From Vibrio alginolyticus NBRC 15630 = ATCC 17749 (GTDB taxonomy: Bacteria; Pseudomonadota; Gammaproteobacteria; Enterobacterales; Vibrionaceae): a DNA stretch of 32,000 nt. How positions within the stretch are numbered: the first letter of the stretch is position 1; every line of letters starts with the position of its first letter. This document shows positions 1 through 9,022 of the stretch, one piece after another. The notes beneath the pieces are model-generated. The model was not told where the DNA came from, made no database searches, and saw only the letters and a program-made list of their open reading frames with translations. Position numbers and translations under genes: made by a program. The stretch is taken from assembly GCF_000354175.2 (NCBI RefSeq), contig NC_022349.1:630001-662000 (forward strand), in the 5' to 3' direction.

Positions 1-182
1 AGTGCTTCTGGACGCGAACCTAGCGTCATGAGCGTGACCACTTCTTTCCAGTTCAGCATGACCGTAAGAGGACGCTCGCAAGCGATTTGCTTCGTGAGCT
101 TTTCGCCGTACTCGTCATACACATCGACTTCAATGGTTTGCAGGGGATTTTCACTGGTTTTAATAATATTTGGTTTCAGCAC
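1..182 (-). CDS. fdhD: Formate dehydrogenase accessory sulfurtransferase FdhD, N-terminal part (gene runs off the window start)
   Basis: Absent from the ORF track because it is truncated. My minus-strand translation from GTG at 180-182 gives VLKPNIIKTSENPLQTIEVDVYDEYGEKLTKQIACERPLTVMLNWKEVVTLMTLGSRPEAL. This resembles the FdhD N-terminal block (E.P....N......M..P.D.E.LALGF). An in-frame stop lies just upstream, AGGA sits 7 nt before the GTG, and the gene is divergent from an FDH cluster. Confidence 0.6.
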   Translation of the reverse strand, partial: MLKPNIIKTSENPLQTIEVDVYDEYGEKLTKQIACERPLTVMLNWKEVVTLMTLGSRPEA

Positions 183-505
183 AGTCGTGTCCTAGTGATT
201 AAGAGCGTTAGGTTGCTACGCATTTTAGCTTTTTAAATGGCTAGCAAATCTCATTCCAAAATAGCGGTTCCCACAGAAATTGCGAGGTTTTATGTCAACA
301 ATGCATTAAAACTGCGAGTTCGCAGTAATGACACATCAATACATTTGAGTTTCGTCTAGTTTGGTACTTATAGCCTGAGGGAGTATATAGACTAAGTTAT
401 ATCAGCTTGGCGCGTTTATTGCTTCGAAGACAATAAAAATGGTCGAAAACGGGGGCAAAATGTCCTGTGTGTTTTCAGACCAAAAATAGAAAGACTGGGT
501 GAGTT

Positions 506-970
506 ATGTCGGATAAGAAAGATTTCGAAAAAAATTACGAAAAGACTGAGGATACATGGCCAATCGGCGTAGAGCTTGTTGAGCATGAGATCAGTACAGG
601 GATTTGGGTGACAACCCAATGGCAGTTGACAGGATTTGCGCTGAATCCGACGGAAGAGACTCCAGATGTTTGTCCGTTGCAATTACATAAAGATGAACGT
701 ACAGACTACCGCTTTAACTTAAGCTCTCTGCAACCTAAACTCTTTTTAGTGATGGATAACGTCGAGTCTGGTGAAAAACCAGCGATACAGTTACTGACGG
801 CTTCACAATCTGTTGCGGCGCAATATATGGATGGTGATAACCTTGTACTATCTAACGATATGCCGTTAGCCGTTCAGGCTTGGATGGAAGCCTTTATCGG
901 TCGCCACGGTGAGTTGTTAGAAGTAAGACGTAAGAAACGCAAAGGAGCGGGCAGAGCAAATGGCAACTAG
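506..970 (+). CDS. Conserved FDH-cluster protein, DUF3305-like (function unknown)
   Basis: 154-aa ORF whose stop overlaps the next gene's ATG (960), suggesting coupling. It sits at the head of an FDH cluster, where DUF3305/DUF3306 pairs occur in gamma-proteobacteria. The family assignment is from memory and was not searched. Confidence 0.55.
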   Translation: MSDKKDFEKNYEKTEDTWPIGVELVEHEISTGIWVTTQWQLTGFALNPTEETPDVCPLQLHKDERTDYRFNLSSLQPKLFLVMDNVESGEKPAIQLLTASQSVAAQYMDGDNLVLSNDMPLAVQAWMEAFIGRHGELLEVRRKKRKGAGRANGN

Positions 971-1586
971 TTTTTTAAGCCGTTGGTCGAAACGTAAGTT
1001 AGAAGAATCTTCCCAACATGATGAAGAGATCACGCCGATAGCAGAGACGGCGCAATCCGAAGATAGTGTCACAGCGCTTTCAAACGCTGACGAAAGCTCA
1101 GATGCTTTGAACGTCAATGAGGATAGTCAGGCTCCAGACATTACCGCGAGTGTAGAGACTGAAAAAACCGAAAAAATGTCTGTGGCGCAACTGCTGGTTT
1201 CTGAAGCTTCAGAAAGTGTCAAGAAAGCTGCGCTGCGCAAAATGTTCTTGTCCGAAGAATTTAACGTGCGTGACGGCCTAGACGATTACGATGATGATTA
1301 CAGTAACTTAAAGTCACTTTCTCAAGACGTCGCTGAGACGCTGCGTGATTGGGTTAAAGACAAAGTGGAAGACGAACCAGACGCTGAAACTGCGCAAGGG
1401 TCTGAGCTTAACGCTAACGATATCGCATCTGAGGTAGTTGAAGACGCAGAGTCAAACACCGACAAAAATGCCCAAATTACTCAAGATGAAAATGAACTGT
1501 ATATAAACACAGTGTCTAGTGAAAGTGATACTTTTGCTGAAGAATCACAGTCTAACGAGGTGAGACAAAATATACCACATAAATAA
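960..1586 (+). CDS. Acidic, low-complexity FDH-cluster protein, DUF3306-like (function unknown)
   Basis: 208-aa ORF with a basic N-terminus (FLSRWSKRKLEE) followed by a very D/E/S-rich sequence. It overlaps the preceding ORF by 11 nt and is followed by a terminator. Confidence 0.5.
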   Translation: MATSFLSRWSKRKLEESSQHDEEITPIAETAQSEDSVTALSNADESSDALNVNEDSQAPDITASVETEKTEKMSVAQLLVSEASESVKKAALRKMFLSEEFNVRDGLDDYDDDYSNLKSLSQDVAETLRDWVKDKVEDEPDAETAQGSELNANDIASEVVEDAESNTDKNAQITQDENELYINTVSSESDTFAEESQSNEVRQNIPHK

Positions 1587-1617
1587 TAGGTACATTTTGA
1601 CTAAACACTCAATGAGC

Positions 1618-1651
1618 CGGCTGAGACAAAATGTCTCAACCGGTTTTTTTA
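1618..1651 (+). terminator. Rho-independent terminator after the DUF3305/3306 pair
   Basis: Stem CCGGCTGAGAC / GTCTCAACCGG (with one bulge) followed by a T7 run. Confidence 0.7.
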
Positions 1652-1674
1652 TCCCTACTATTTGTCAGTAAAAT

Positions 1675-1700
1675 TGATAACCTATTGATTTTCAGTTGAT
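1675..1700 (+). promoter_or_regulatory. Three direct TTGAT repeats at 10-11 bp spacing (candidate activator/architectural protein sites)
   Basis: TTGAT occurs at 1675, 1685 and 1696. The TTGG of the sigma54 -24 element follows at 1707, keeping the same phasing. Confidence 0.3.
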
Positions 1701-1707
1701 ATTTTAT

Positions 1708-1723
1708 TGGCATGACACTTGCT
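1708..1723 (+). promoter_or_regulatory. Sigma54 (-24/-12) promoter candidate for the FDH operon
   Basis: TGGCATGACACTTGCT compared with the consensus TGGCACG-N4-TTGCW. GG and GC are in the exact 10-nt register. The motif lies about 175 nt upstream of the 1898 ATG. Confidence 0.55.
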
Positions 1724-1897
1724 ATTTGTTGCTCAATACCAATCTGGTTGAAGTTAGTACGGACGCACTGCGTAGTATTCATCGCCTATAGATGGCGGAA
1801 TAAGAATTCTCATTGATAAGTTAATCAGCAGAATCTCCGGCGCTAACTACACTAAGAGATGGAAAAGACTATCCATGTTCATAAATGGAATTGAGCA

Positions 1898-3559
1898 ATG
1901 CTGAAACAATTATTAGAACAAGCAACTTCCAATAACGGTAAAGCGAGGCTGTACGCTTTCGAAAATACCGTAGAGTTGACCAATCTTATTCCACCAACCG
2001 TAAGCTATGAAAGCGGCGGTAATACTTTGATTGTGGGCCCAACAGCAATCATCGAAAGTGCGGCAGCGCAATTGTCGCAAATGAACAGCCTAACGCTGCT
2101 TTCTACCGATGGCGAAAAGGGCACAAATCCCGAGCTTTATTACGCCAATTCGGTTCAGGTTTCAGGGTTCTTAGGTACGTTTGAAGTTCTGATTGAAAAT
2201 CATGGTTCGACCAACAATCTTGCCAAGGTCGCGATCAATAGCGATTGTTTCGATATCGTACTCGATCTTTGCCTTAACAGCTGCATGTCGGAAGAAGTCC
2301 CAGTACCGGGCTACTACCCAGTAGGTCGTGGCTATCCGAAACTGGCTGAAGCGTTGGAAGAGATTCCAACCTTAATGGGGACGTTCGATAAACCGAAATT
2401 CTTCCGTTTAGATACCGATTTATGTGCACACAGCTCTCGTGGCGTAAAAGGTTGCGAACGGTGTGTGGATGCTTGTCCGGCAGGGGCACTATCGAGTGAA
2501 GGCAGCGACAAAACGGGCCATCGCATCGAGATCAACCCATACCTATGTCAAGGCGTGGGTACTTGTGCTACAGCGTGTCCGACAGAAGCAATTCATTACG
2601 CACTGCCAAACCCTGAAGATACGCAAAAGTTTATTGAACGTACGCTCGCCAACTATGAGCAAGCGGGTGGTTTAGATCCTATCGTATTGATTTGCAGTTC
2701 TCGCCACGAGAGCTACAACGTGATGGCACTAAAAGCACTGCCAGATAATGTGATTCCAATTGTGGTGGAAGAACTGCCTTCGGTTGGTATTGATACTTGG
2801 TTCGCCGCGCTTGTGAATGGTGCTACTCAGGTGCTGTTTGCGGCTTCACGTTTTATGCCTCAAACCATTATTCGTGTGCTTAATAGCGAAGTAGGTATTG
2901 CTCAAGAGCTGCTCGGTCAGCTTGGTATCGCCAAAGAAACCATCGACATTCTGTATCTAGAGTCACTACGTGAAGGTGCTCCGACACTTTGTACTGAGTC
3001 TTTTGATTTGGCATTAGGTGATTTGCAAGGTAACAAACGTCAGCGTCTATTTACGGCGTTGGATGCGTTGTCGTCTTCTCGTATTCCAGTCGAGAACATT
3101 GTTGAGCTGCCAGCAAACGCGCCTTACGGCAATGTTTCTTGTGAGAGCAAAGATTGTACGTTGTGTATGAGCTGTGTGGCAGTTTGTCCTACACGTGCAC
3201 TTCATACCGATGGTCAATCTCCGTCGCTTAAATTCGTCGAGCAAGACTGCATTCAATGTGGGCTGTGCGAGAAAGCGTGTCCAGAGAAAGTGCTGACGCT
3301 TACGCCTCGTATGAACTGGGTGAAAAAAGAGCGCCAAAAAGCGGTTGTGATTCACGAAGAGAAAGCAGCGGAATGTATTCGCTGTCATAAGCCATTCGCA
3401 CCTCAGTCTATGATCGACATGCTACAAAACAAGTTACGCGGTCACTCTCATTTCTCTGATGAAGCGGCGATCAATCGTATCGCGATGTGTGAAGACTGCC
3501 GTGTGATCGACATGTTTGAGTCGATGGCAGAAGACCCAATGAAACAACTGAAATACTAG
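1898..3559 (+). CDS. Poly-[4Fe-4S] ferredoxin-domain protein of the FDH cluster
   Basis: 553 aa with four CxxCxxCxxxCP motifs (CERCVDACP, CQGVGTCATACP, CTLCMSCVAVCP, CIQCGLCEKACP) plus a C-terminal CxxC...CxxC. Confidence 0.8.
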   Translation: MLKQLLEQATSNNGKARLYAFENTVELTNLIPPTVSYESGGNTLIVGPTAIIESAAAQLSQMNSLTLLSTDGEKGTNPELYYANSVQVSGFLGTFEVLIENHGSTNNLAKVAINSDCFDIVLDLCLNSCMSEEVPVPGYYPVGRGYPKLAEALEEIPTLMGTFDKPKFFRLDTDLCAHSSRGVKGCERCVDACPAGALSSEGSDKTGHRIEINPYLCQGVGTCATACPTEAIHYALPNPEDTQKFIERTLANYEQAGGLDPIVLICSSRHESYNVMALKALPDNVIPIVVEELPSVGIDTWFAALVNGATQVLFAASRFMPQTIIRVLNSEVGIAQELLGQLGIAKETIDILYLESLREGAPTLCTESFDLALGDLQGNKRQRLFTALDALSSSRIPVENIVELPANAPYGNVSCESKDCTLCMSCVAVCPTRALHTDGQSPSLKFVEQDCIQCGLCEKACPEKVLTLTPRMNWVKKERQKAVVIHEEKAAECIRCHKPFAPQSMIDMLQNKLRGHSHFSDEAAINRIAMCEDCRVIDMFESMAEDPMKQLKY

Positions 3560-3568
3560 GAGCTCGCA

Positions 3569-4195
3569 GTGGACACACAACAAGAACAAACACTGAGAAC
3601 AGACATTTATCTCGTTTTATCCGCACTTTTTCGTAGTGCGCCTAGTGATGAAATGCTGGCGTTCCTGAAATCGCTAGAAATTGAGCCGTCTGAGAGCGCG
3701 ATGCAAAAAGCTTGGCTCGCACTGCAACAAGCCGCGAACGAAGCGCAGCGAGAAGCGTTAGAAGAAGAATATCAAGATCTGTTTATTGGCATTGGACGTG
3801 GTGAAGTTGTGCCATTCGGATCTTGGCATCGTACTGGCTCGATGATGGAAAAGCCGTTAGCGGAAATTCGTCGCGATTTGGATCTTTTAGGCATCGAACG
3901 AGAAGAGAACGTGAAAGAGCCTGAAGACCATATTTCTGCACTGTGCGAAGTGATGGCAATGCTGACAGGTGAAGAGGAAGAACTTCAACAAGCGGTGTTT
4001 AACAAACACATTGCCCCTTGGTTCCAATCTTTTACGCGCCAACTAGAGAGCGCAGAAAGCGTGAACTTCTACAAGCCAGCTGCACAGCTTTGCGATGCGT
4101 TTTTAACGTTAGAGCAAGTGCGCTTTAGCGTGAACACCAAAAGCAGTAAGAACAAATTAAAAATTGATGTGAAAAACGTCACTGATTACGAGTAA
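3569..4195 (+). CDS. TorD/DmsD-family redox-enzyme maturation chaperone (FDH-specific)
   Basis: 208 aa. GTG start with AGGAG 6-7 nt upstream. Carries an EEEYQDLFIG-type motif typical of TorD-family chaperones and sits immediately before the Tat-dependent molybdoenzyme. Confidence 0.7.
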   Translation: MDTQQEQTLRTDIYLVLSALFRSAPSDEMLAFLKSLEIEPSESAMQKAWLALQQAANEAQREALEEEYQDLFIGIGRGEVVPFGSWHRTGSMMEKPLAEIRRDLDLLGIEREENVKEPEDHISALCEVMAMLTGEEEELQQAVFNKHIAPWFQSFTRQLESAESVNFYKPAAQLCDAFLTLEQVRFSVNTKSSKNKLKIDVKNVTDYE

Positions 4196-4265
4196 TCGAG
4201 CAGTACTTGGTCATATCGATAGAGAGGCATGAGTCTCCAAAGATCTACCGTAAGGTAAGGAAGCA

Positions 4266-4469
4266 ATGATGAAAGATAATAAAGAAATAAACACAAGCCG
4301 TAGGGATCTCCTAAAAGGCTTCACAACCGCTGCCGTTGCCGGTGCTGTTGTTGCGGGAACCACGAAAGTGGCCGTTGCTTCAGAAACGGTTGAGCCTTCT
4401 GAAAACGACGTGAAGAAGAAAGGGTATCGTGAAACTCAACACATTCGCGATTACTACGACACACTTTAG
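4266..4469 (+). CDS. Small twin-arginine-signal protein (FDH-region Tat target)
   Basis: 67 aa with SRRDLLKGFTTAAVAGAVVAG, a canonical Tat signal. AAGGA ribosome-binding site. It ends 10 nt before fdhA. Confidence 0.75.
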   Translation: MMKDNKEINTSRRDLLKGFTTAAVAGAVVAGTTKVAVASETVEPSENDVKKKGYRETQHIRDYYDTL

Positions 4470-4479
4470 GAGATAACGG

Positions 4480-7335
4480 ATGAAACTTGTCAAACGCTCC
4501 GACAGTGTGAGCAAAGAAACGAACCAGCTTGGCGTATCTCGTCGTGCATTCATGAAAAACACTTCGCTTGCCGCTGGTGGCGCAGTGGTTGGTGCTAGTC
4601 TATTTGCACCGGGAATGATGAAAAAAGCGCAAGCAAAATCTGTCGATCCAGAAGCGAAAACAGAAATAAAACGTACTATCTGTTCTCACTGTTCAGTGGG
4701 TTGTGGTATTTACGCAGAAGTTCAAAATGGTGTTTGGACGGGTCAAGAGCCTGCATTTGACCACCCATTTAACGCCGGTGGTCACTGTGCAAAAGGCGCA
4801 GCACTGCGTGAACATGGCCACGGTGAGCGTCGTCTAAAATACCCAATGAAGCTTGAAAACGGTAAGTGGAAAAAGCTTTCTTGGGATCAAGCGATCGAAG
4901 AAATCGGTAACAAGGTGATGGACATCCGCAAAGAGTCTGGCCCTGATTCGGTTTACTTCTTGGGAAGCGCAAAGCACAGCAACGAACAAGCGTACTTGTT
5001 CCGCAAAATGGCATCACTTTGGGGCACTAACAACGTTGACCACCAAGCGCGTATTTGTCACTCAACAACCGTGGCGGGTGTAGCAAACACTTGGGGTTAC
5101 GGTGCGATGACCAACTCTTTCAATGACATGCACAACTGTAAGTCGATGCTGTTCATTGGTTCAAACCCAGCTGAAGCACACCCAGTGGCGATGCAGCACA
5201 TTCTGATCGCGAAAGAGAAGAACAACTGTAAGATCGTCGTAGCGGATCCTCGTCGTACACGTACGGCAGCAAAATCGGATCACTATGTATCACTTCGTCC
5301 AGGTTCTGACGTAGCATTTATTTGGGGTGTGTTGTGGCACATCTTCGAAAACCAATGGGAAGATAAAGAGTTCATCCGTCAACGAGTATTCGGTATGGAT
5401 GAAATCCGTGCTGAAGTAGCGAAGTGGACGCCAGCAGAAGTAGAGCGCGTAACAGGCGTAAGCGAAGAAGACGTTTACCAAACAGCAAAACTGCTCTCTG
5501 AAAATCGCCCAGGCTGCATTGTTTGGTGTATGGGTGGTACTCAGCATACTACTGGCAACAACAACACACGTGCTTACTGTGTGCTTGAGCTAGCGCTTGG
5601 TAACATTGGTAAATCAGGCGGCGGCGCAAACATCTTCCGTGGTCACGATAACGTACAAGGCGCAACCGACCTTGGCGTACTTTCTGACACGTTACCTGGC
5701 TACTACGGCCTTTCTGAAGGCGCTTGGCGTCATTGGTCAAAAGTGTGGGAAATCGATTACGAATGGATCAAAGGTCGTTTCGATGACAACGCTTATAGCG
5801 GTCAGAAACCAATGCACAGTGCAGGTATCCCAGTATCTCGTTGGGTCGATGGTGTACTGGAAAACAAAGACAACATTCGTCAACGCGAAAACATCCGTGC
5901 AATGTTCTACTGGGGACACGCAGTGAACTCTCAAACACGTGGTGTTGAGATGAAAAAAGCGATGCAGAAGTTGGACATGATGGTGATTGTGGACCCATAC
6001 CCAACGGTTGCTGCGGTAATGAACGACCGTACCGACGGCGTTTACCTGCTTCCTGCAACAACACAGTTTGAAACACACGGCAGCGTTACCGCATCTAACC
6101 GCTCTCTACAATGGCGTGATCAGGTGATTGAACCTTTGTTTGAATCAAAACCAGACCACGAAATCATGTATCTGCTTTCGAAGAAACTGGGCTATTCAGA
6201 TCTTCTGTTCAAAAACATCCGTGTTGAAAATAACCAGCCGGTGATTGAAGACCTAACGCGTGAATTCAACAAAGGCATGTGGACGATTGGTTACACAGGC
6301 CAAAGCCCTGAGCGTTTGAAAGCGCACCAACAAAACTGGCATACGTTCCACAAAACCACATTGGAAGCGGAAGGTGGCCCTGTCAACGGTGAAACCTACG
6401 GTCTACCTTGGCCATGCTGGGGCACACCAGAAATGAAACACCCAGGTACACACATTCTGTACGATACGTCTAAGACGGTTGCAGAAGGTGGCGGTAACTT
6501 CCGTACGCGCTTTGGTGTGGAATTCGAAGGCAAAAGCCTTCTTGCAGAAGACAGTTATTCGAAAGGCTGTGAGATCAAAGACGGTTACCCAGAGTTCACT
6601 GATAAGTTATTGAAACAACTTGGTTGGTGGGACGACCTAACTGCTGAAGAGAAAGTGGCAGCAGAGGGTAAAAACTGGAAGACTGACCTTTCTGGCGGTA
6701 TTCAGCGTGTCGCGATCAAGCACGGTTGTATTCCATTTGGTAACGCGAAAGCGCGTGCGATTGTTTGGACGTTCCCAGACCGTGTGCCACTGCATCGTGA
6801 ACCACTTTACACACCACGTCGTGACCTTGTAACGGATTACCCAACTTGGGAAGACAAAGATGCAATCTTCCGTGTTCCTACGTTGTATAAATCCATTCAA
6901 GAGCAAGACAAATCGGGCGAGTACCCAATCGTTCTGACTTCTGGCCGTCTGGTTGAATACGAAGGTGGTGGTGAAGAGACGCGTTCAAACCCTTGGCTTG
7001 CCGAGCTTCAACAAGAAATGTTTGTTGAAGTGAACCCGAAAGACGCGAACGATCTTGGCTTCAGAGATGGTGATGATGTTTGGGTTGAAGGTGCAGAGAA
7101 GGGGCGAATCAAGGTGAAAGCGATGGTAACACGTCGTGTGAAACCTGGCTTGGCGTTCATTCCGTTCCACTTTGGCGGTAAGTTCGAAGGTGAAGACCTA
7201 CGTCCTAAATACCCAGAAGGTACACAGCCTTACGTTGTTGGCGAATCGGCCAACACGGCAACCACTTACGGTTACGACCCGGTTACCTTGATGCAGGAAA
7301 CCAAAGTAACCCTATGTAACATTCGTAAAGCCTAA
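4480..7335 (+). CDS. fdhA: Formate dehydrogenase alpha (catalytic Mo/W-bis-MGD) subunit, Cys-type, Tat-exported
   Basis: 951 aa. Tat signal SRRAFMKNTSLAAGGAVVGA...AQA, N-terminal [4Fe-4S] motif CSHCSVGCG, and the HQARICHSTTVAG active-site block with Cys193 (TGT 5056-5058) where FdnG/FdoG carry Sec. Confidence 0.93.
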   Translation: MKLVKRSDSVSKETNQLGVSRRAFMKNTSLAAGGAVVGASLFAPGMMKKAQAKSVDPEAKTEIKRTICSHCSVGCGIYAEVQNGVWTGQEPAFDHPFNAGGHCAKGAALREHGHGERRLKYPMKLENGKWKKLSWDQAIEEIGNKVMDIRKESGPDSVYFLGSAKHSNEQAYLFRKMASLWGTNNVDHQARICHSTTVAGVANTWGYGAMTNSFNDMHNCKSMLFIGSNPAEAHPVAMQHILIAKEKNNCKIVVADPRRTRTAAKSDHYVSLRPGSDVAFIWGVLWHIFENQWEDKEFIRQRVFGMDEIRAEVAKWTPAEVERVTGVSEEDVYQTAKLLSENRPGCIVWCMGGTQHTTGNNNTRAYCVLELALGNIGKSGGGANIFRGHDNVQGATDLGVLSDTLPGYYGLSEGAWRHWSKVWEIDYEWIKGRFDDNAYSGQKPMHSAGIPVSRWVDGVLENKDNIRQRENIRAMFYWGHAVNSQTRGVEMKKAMQKLDMMVIVDPYPTVAAVMNDRTDGVYLLPATTQFETHGSVTASNRSLQWRDQVIEPLFESKPDHEIMYLLSKKLGYSDLLFKNIRVENNQPVIEDLTREFNKGMWTIGYTGQSPERLKAHQQNWHTFHKTTLEAEGGPVNGETYGLPWPCWGTPEMKHPGTHILYDTSKTVAEGGGNFRTRFGVEFEGKSLLAEDSYSKGCEIKDGYPEFTDKLLKQLGWWDDLTAEEKVAAEGKNWKTDLSGGIQRVAIKHGCIPFGNAKARAIVWTFPDRVPLHREPLYTPRRDLVTDYPTWEDKDAIFRVPTLYKSIQEQDKSGEYPIVLTSGRLVEYEGGGEETRSNPWLAELQQEMFVEVNPKDANDLGFRDGDDVWVEGAEKGRIKVKAMVTRRVKPGLAFIPFHFGGKFEGEDLRPKYPEGTQPYVVGESANTATTYGYDPVTLMQETKVTLCNIRKA

Positions 7336-7346
7336 GGAGTCTGACA

Positions 7347-7955
7347 ATGGCACGAATGAAATTTCTATGTGACACCAAACGCTGTATCGAGTGTAACGGC
7401 TGTGTTACTGCATGTAAGAACGAAAACGACGATGCTCTTGAATGGGGCATTCAACGTCGCCGCGTGGTAACACTAAACGATGGTGAAGCCGGTGAAAACT
7501 CCATCTCTGTTGCTTGTATGCACTGTACCGATGCGCCTTGTATGGCAGTTTGTCCAGCAGACTGTTTCGAACATACCGAAGACGGCATCGTTCTTCACAA
7601 TAAAGATCTGTGTATCGGTTGTGGTTACTGTTTGTTTGCTTGTCCGTTTGGCGCACCTCAGTTCCCTAAACAAGAAGCGTTTGGCGAACGTGGCAAAATG
7701 GATAAATGTACTTTCTGCGCGGGCGGCCCAGAAACAGAGCCAGGCTCTGAGGAAGAACGTCAAAAATACGGTGCGAACCGTATCGCAGAAGGCAAGTTAC
7801 CGATGTGTGCATCGCTTTGTTCAACCAAAGCACTGCTTGCGGGTGACGCAGAGAAAGTCTCTGACATTTTCCGTCAACGTGTGGTAGAACGCGGCGCGAA
7901 AAACGCAGGTTGGACAGACGGAAACGATCTTTCTTACGATGCGACGAAAAGCTAA
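7347..7955 (+). CDS. fdhB: Formate dehydrogenase beta (iron-sulfur) subunit
   Basis: 202 aa with multiple 4Fe-4S motifs (CIECNGCVTAC, CMHCTDAPCMAVCP, CIGCGYCLFACP, CTFC). AAGGAG ribosome-binding site. Confidence 0.9.
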   Translation: MARMKFLCDTKRCIECNGCVTACKNENDDALEWGIQRRRVVTLNDGEAGENSISVACMHCTDAPCMAVCPADCFEHTEDGIVLHNKDLCIGCGYCLFACPFGAPQFPKQEAFGERGKMDKCTFCAGGPETEPGSEEERQKYGANRIAEGKLPMCASLCSTKALLAGDAEKVSDIFRQRVVERGAKNAGWTDGNDLSYDATKS

Positions 7956-7969
7956 GTAAGGAGAGGCAC

Positions 7970-9022
7970 ATGTTAAACACGCTTAAACGTGCGTCTCTAG
8001 CAATGCTGTCAATGATGACAGCATTGCTGCTGACTTTCGCAATGCCTGCTTCAGCAGAGGAACAATCTTCTAAAGTTATTCAACAGGAGATCACGCAACT
8101 CGCCGGGGCAGACTATTGGCGCGAAGTCAGAGAGGGGCAAGAAGGTTATACCACGTCTAAATCGCCAGAACATGGCGTATTAATCAGTAAACCTGGTGAA
8201 ACTTGGTACATTCTAAAAGAGAAATGGATGTCTCCTGCTGGTGCTGTCGCGATTTTCGGCAGTATCGCGATGGTTATCATGGCTTACGTATTTGTTGGCC
8301 CTTTGATGCTAAGTAAGCCTCGTACAGGCAAAAAGATGAAGCGTTGGTCTCGTTTAGACCGCGCGCTTCACTGGAGTATGGCGTTTACATTCTTAACGTT
8401 GGCATTCAGTGGTTTGATGCTGGTTTACGGTAAGCACTTCTTAAAACCGTATGTTCCTACTGAGTTCTGGGGCTTTATCGTCATGTTGGCGAAGCAGTAC
8501 CACAATTACATGGGGCCATTGTTCTTCATTTTGCTGATGCTCGTGCTCTTTAAATGGTGGCGCAAGTCGATTCCAAACATGACTGATGTTCGTTGGTTCA
8601 TGAAAATGGGCGGTATGGTTGGTAAACACAAAGGCACACATCCGTCAGCTGGTTTCTCAAACGGTGGCGAGAAGGCAATCTATTGGTTGTTGATCTTCTT
8701 TGGTGCTATCGCGGCAGTGAGTGGCTTAGTTCTGGACTTTCCTATCTTTGGCCAAACTCGCCGTGACATGGAGCTTTCTAACTTAGTTCATGCGATTTCG
8801 GCACTGATTCTAATCTGTGGCTTTATCTTCCACATCTATATTGGTCTATTCGGTATGGAAGGTGCGTTAGAAGGCATGGTGACTGGTGAAGTTGATGAAA
8901 CATGGGCGAAAGAGCATCACGATCTTTGGTATGAAGAAGTGAAATCCAAAGAAGCAATGGGCGAAACAGATACGGCACAAACGGAAGTAAAAGGAGCGAA
9001 AGCGAATGAACAAACCTCATAA
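7970..9022 (+). CDS. fdhC: Formate dehydrogenase gamma (cytochrome b, membrane) subunit
   Basis: Start moved to ATG 7970, which has AAGGAGAGG 6 nt upstream. The track's 7910 start would overlap fdhB by 46 nt. The protein has a signal/anchor sequence (MLNTLKRASLAMLSMMTALLLTFAMPASA), four or more TM helices, and His residues typical of FdnI-like cytochrome b. Confidence 0.85.
   Translation: MLNTLKRASLAMLSMMTALLLTFAMPASAEEQSSKVIQQEITQLAGADYWREVREGQEGYTTSKSPEHGVLISKPGETWYILKEKWMSPAGAVAIFGSIAMVIMAYVFVGPLMLSKPRTGKKMKRWSRLDRALHWSMAFTFLTLAFSGLMLVYGKHFLKPYVPTEFWGFIVMLAKQYHNYMGPLFFILLMLVLFKWWRKSIPNMTDVRWFMKMGGMVGKHKGTHPSAGFSNGGEKAIYWLLIFFGAIAAVSGLVLDFPIFGQTRRDMELSNLVHAISALILICGFIFHIYIGLFGMEGALEGMVTGEVDETWAKEHHDLWYEEVKSKEAMGETDTAQTEVKGAKANEQTS

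Noticed and set aside
361-376. Sigma54-like TTGGTACTTATAGCC and a NarL-type heptamer TACTTAT in the fdhD/DUF3305 divergent region.
   Set aside because: The GC dinucleotide is out of register for sigma54 (2 nt short). A single heptamer is expected by chance.
5056-5058. Possible selenocysteine recoding in the FDH alpha subunit.
   Set aside because: The active-site codon is TGT (Cys) in an uninterrupted ORF. No in-frame TGA is present, so no SECIS is needed.
4769-7170. Multiple 60-113-aa ORFs inside or antisense to fdhA (e.g. 4769-5017, 5290-5547, 5597-5926, 5737-6078, 6637-6906, 6985-7170).
   Set aside because: All are embedded in a strongly supported 951-aa gene. Their compositions look like frame-shifted or antisense read-through, and none has an SD.
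7910-7969. Longer fdhC start from the ORF track (MDRRKRSFLRCDEK...).
   Set aside because: It would overlap fdhB by 46 nt and lacks an SD. ATG 7970 has AAGGAGAGG upstream and begins a proper signal/anchor sequence.
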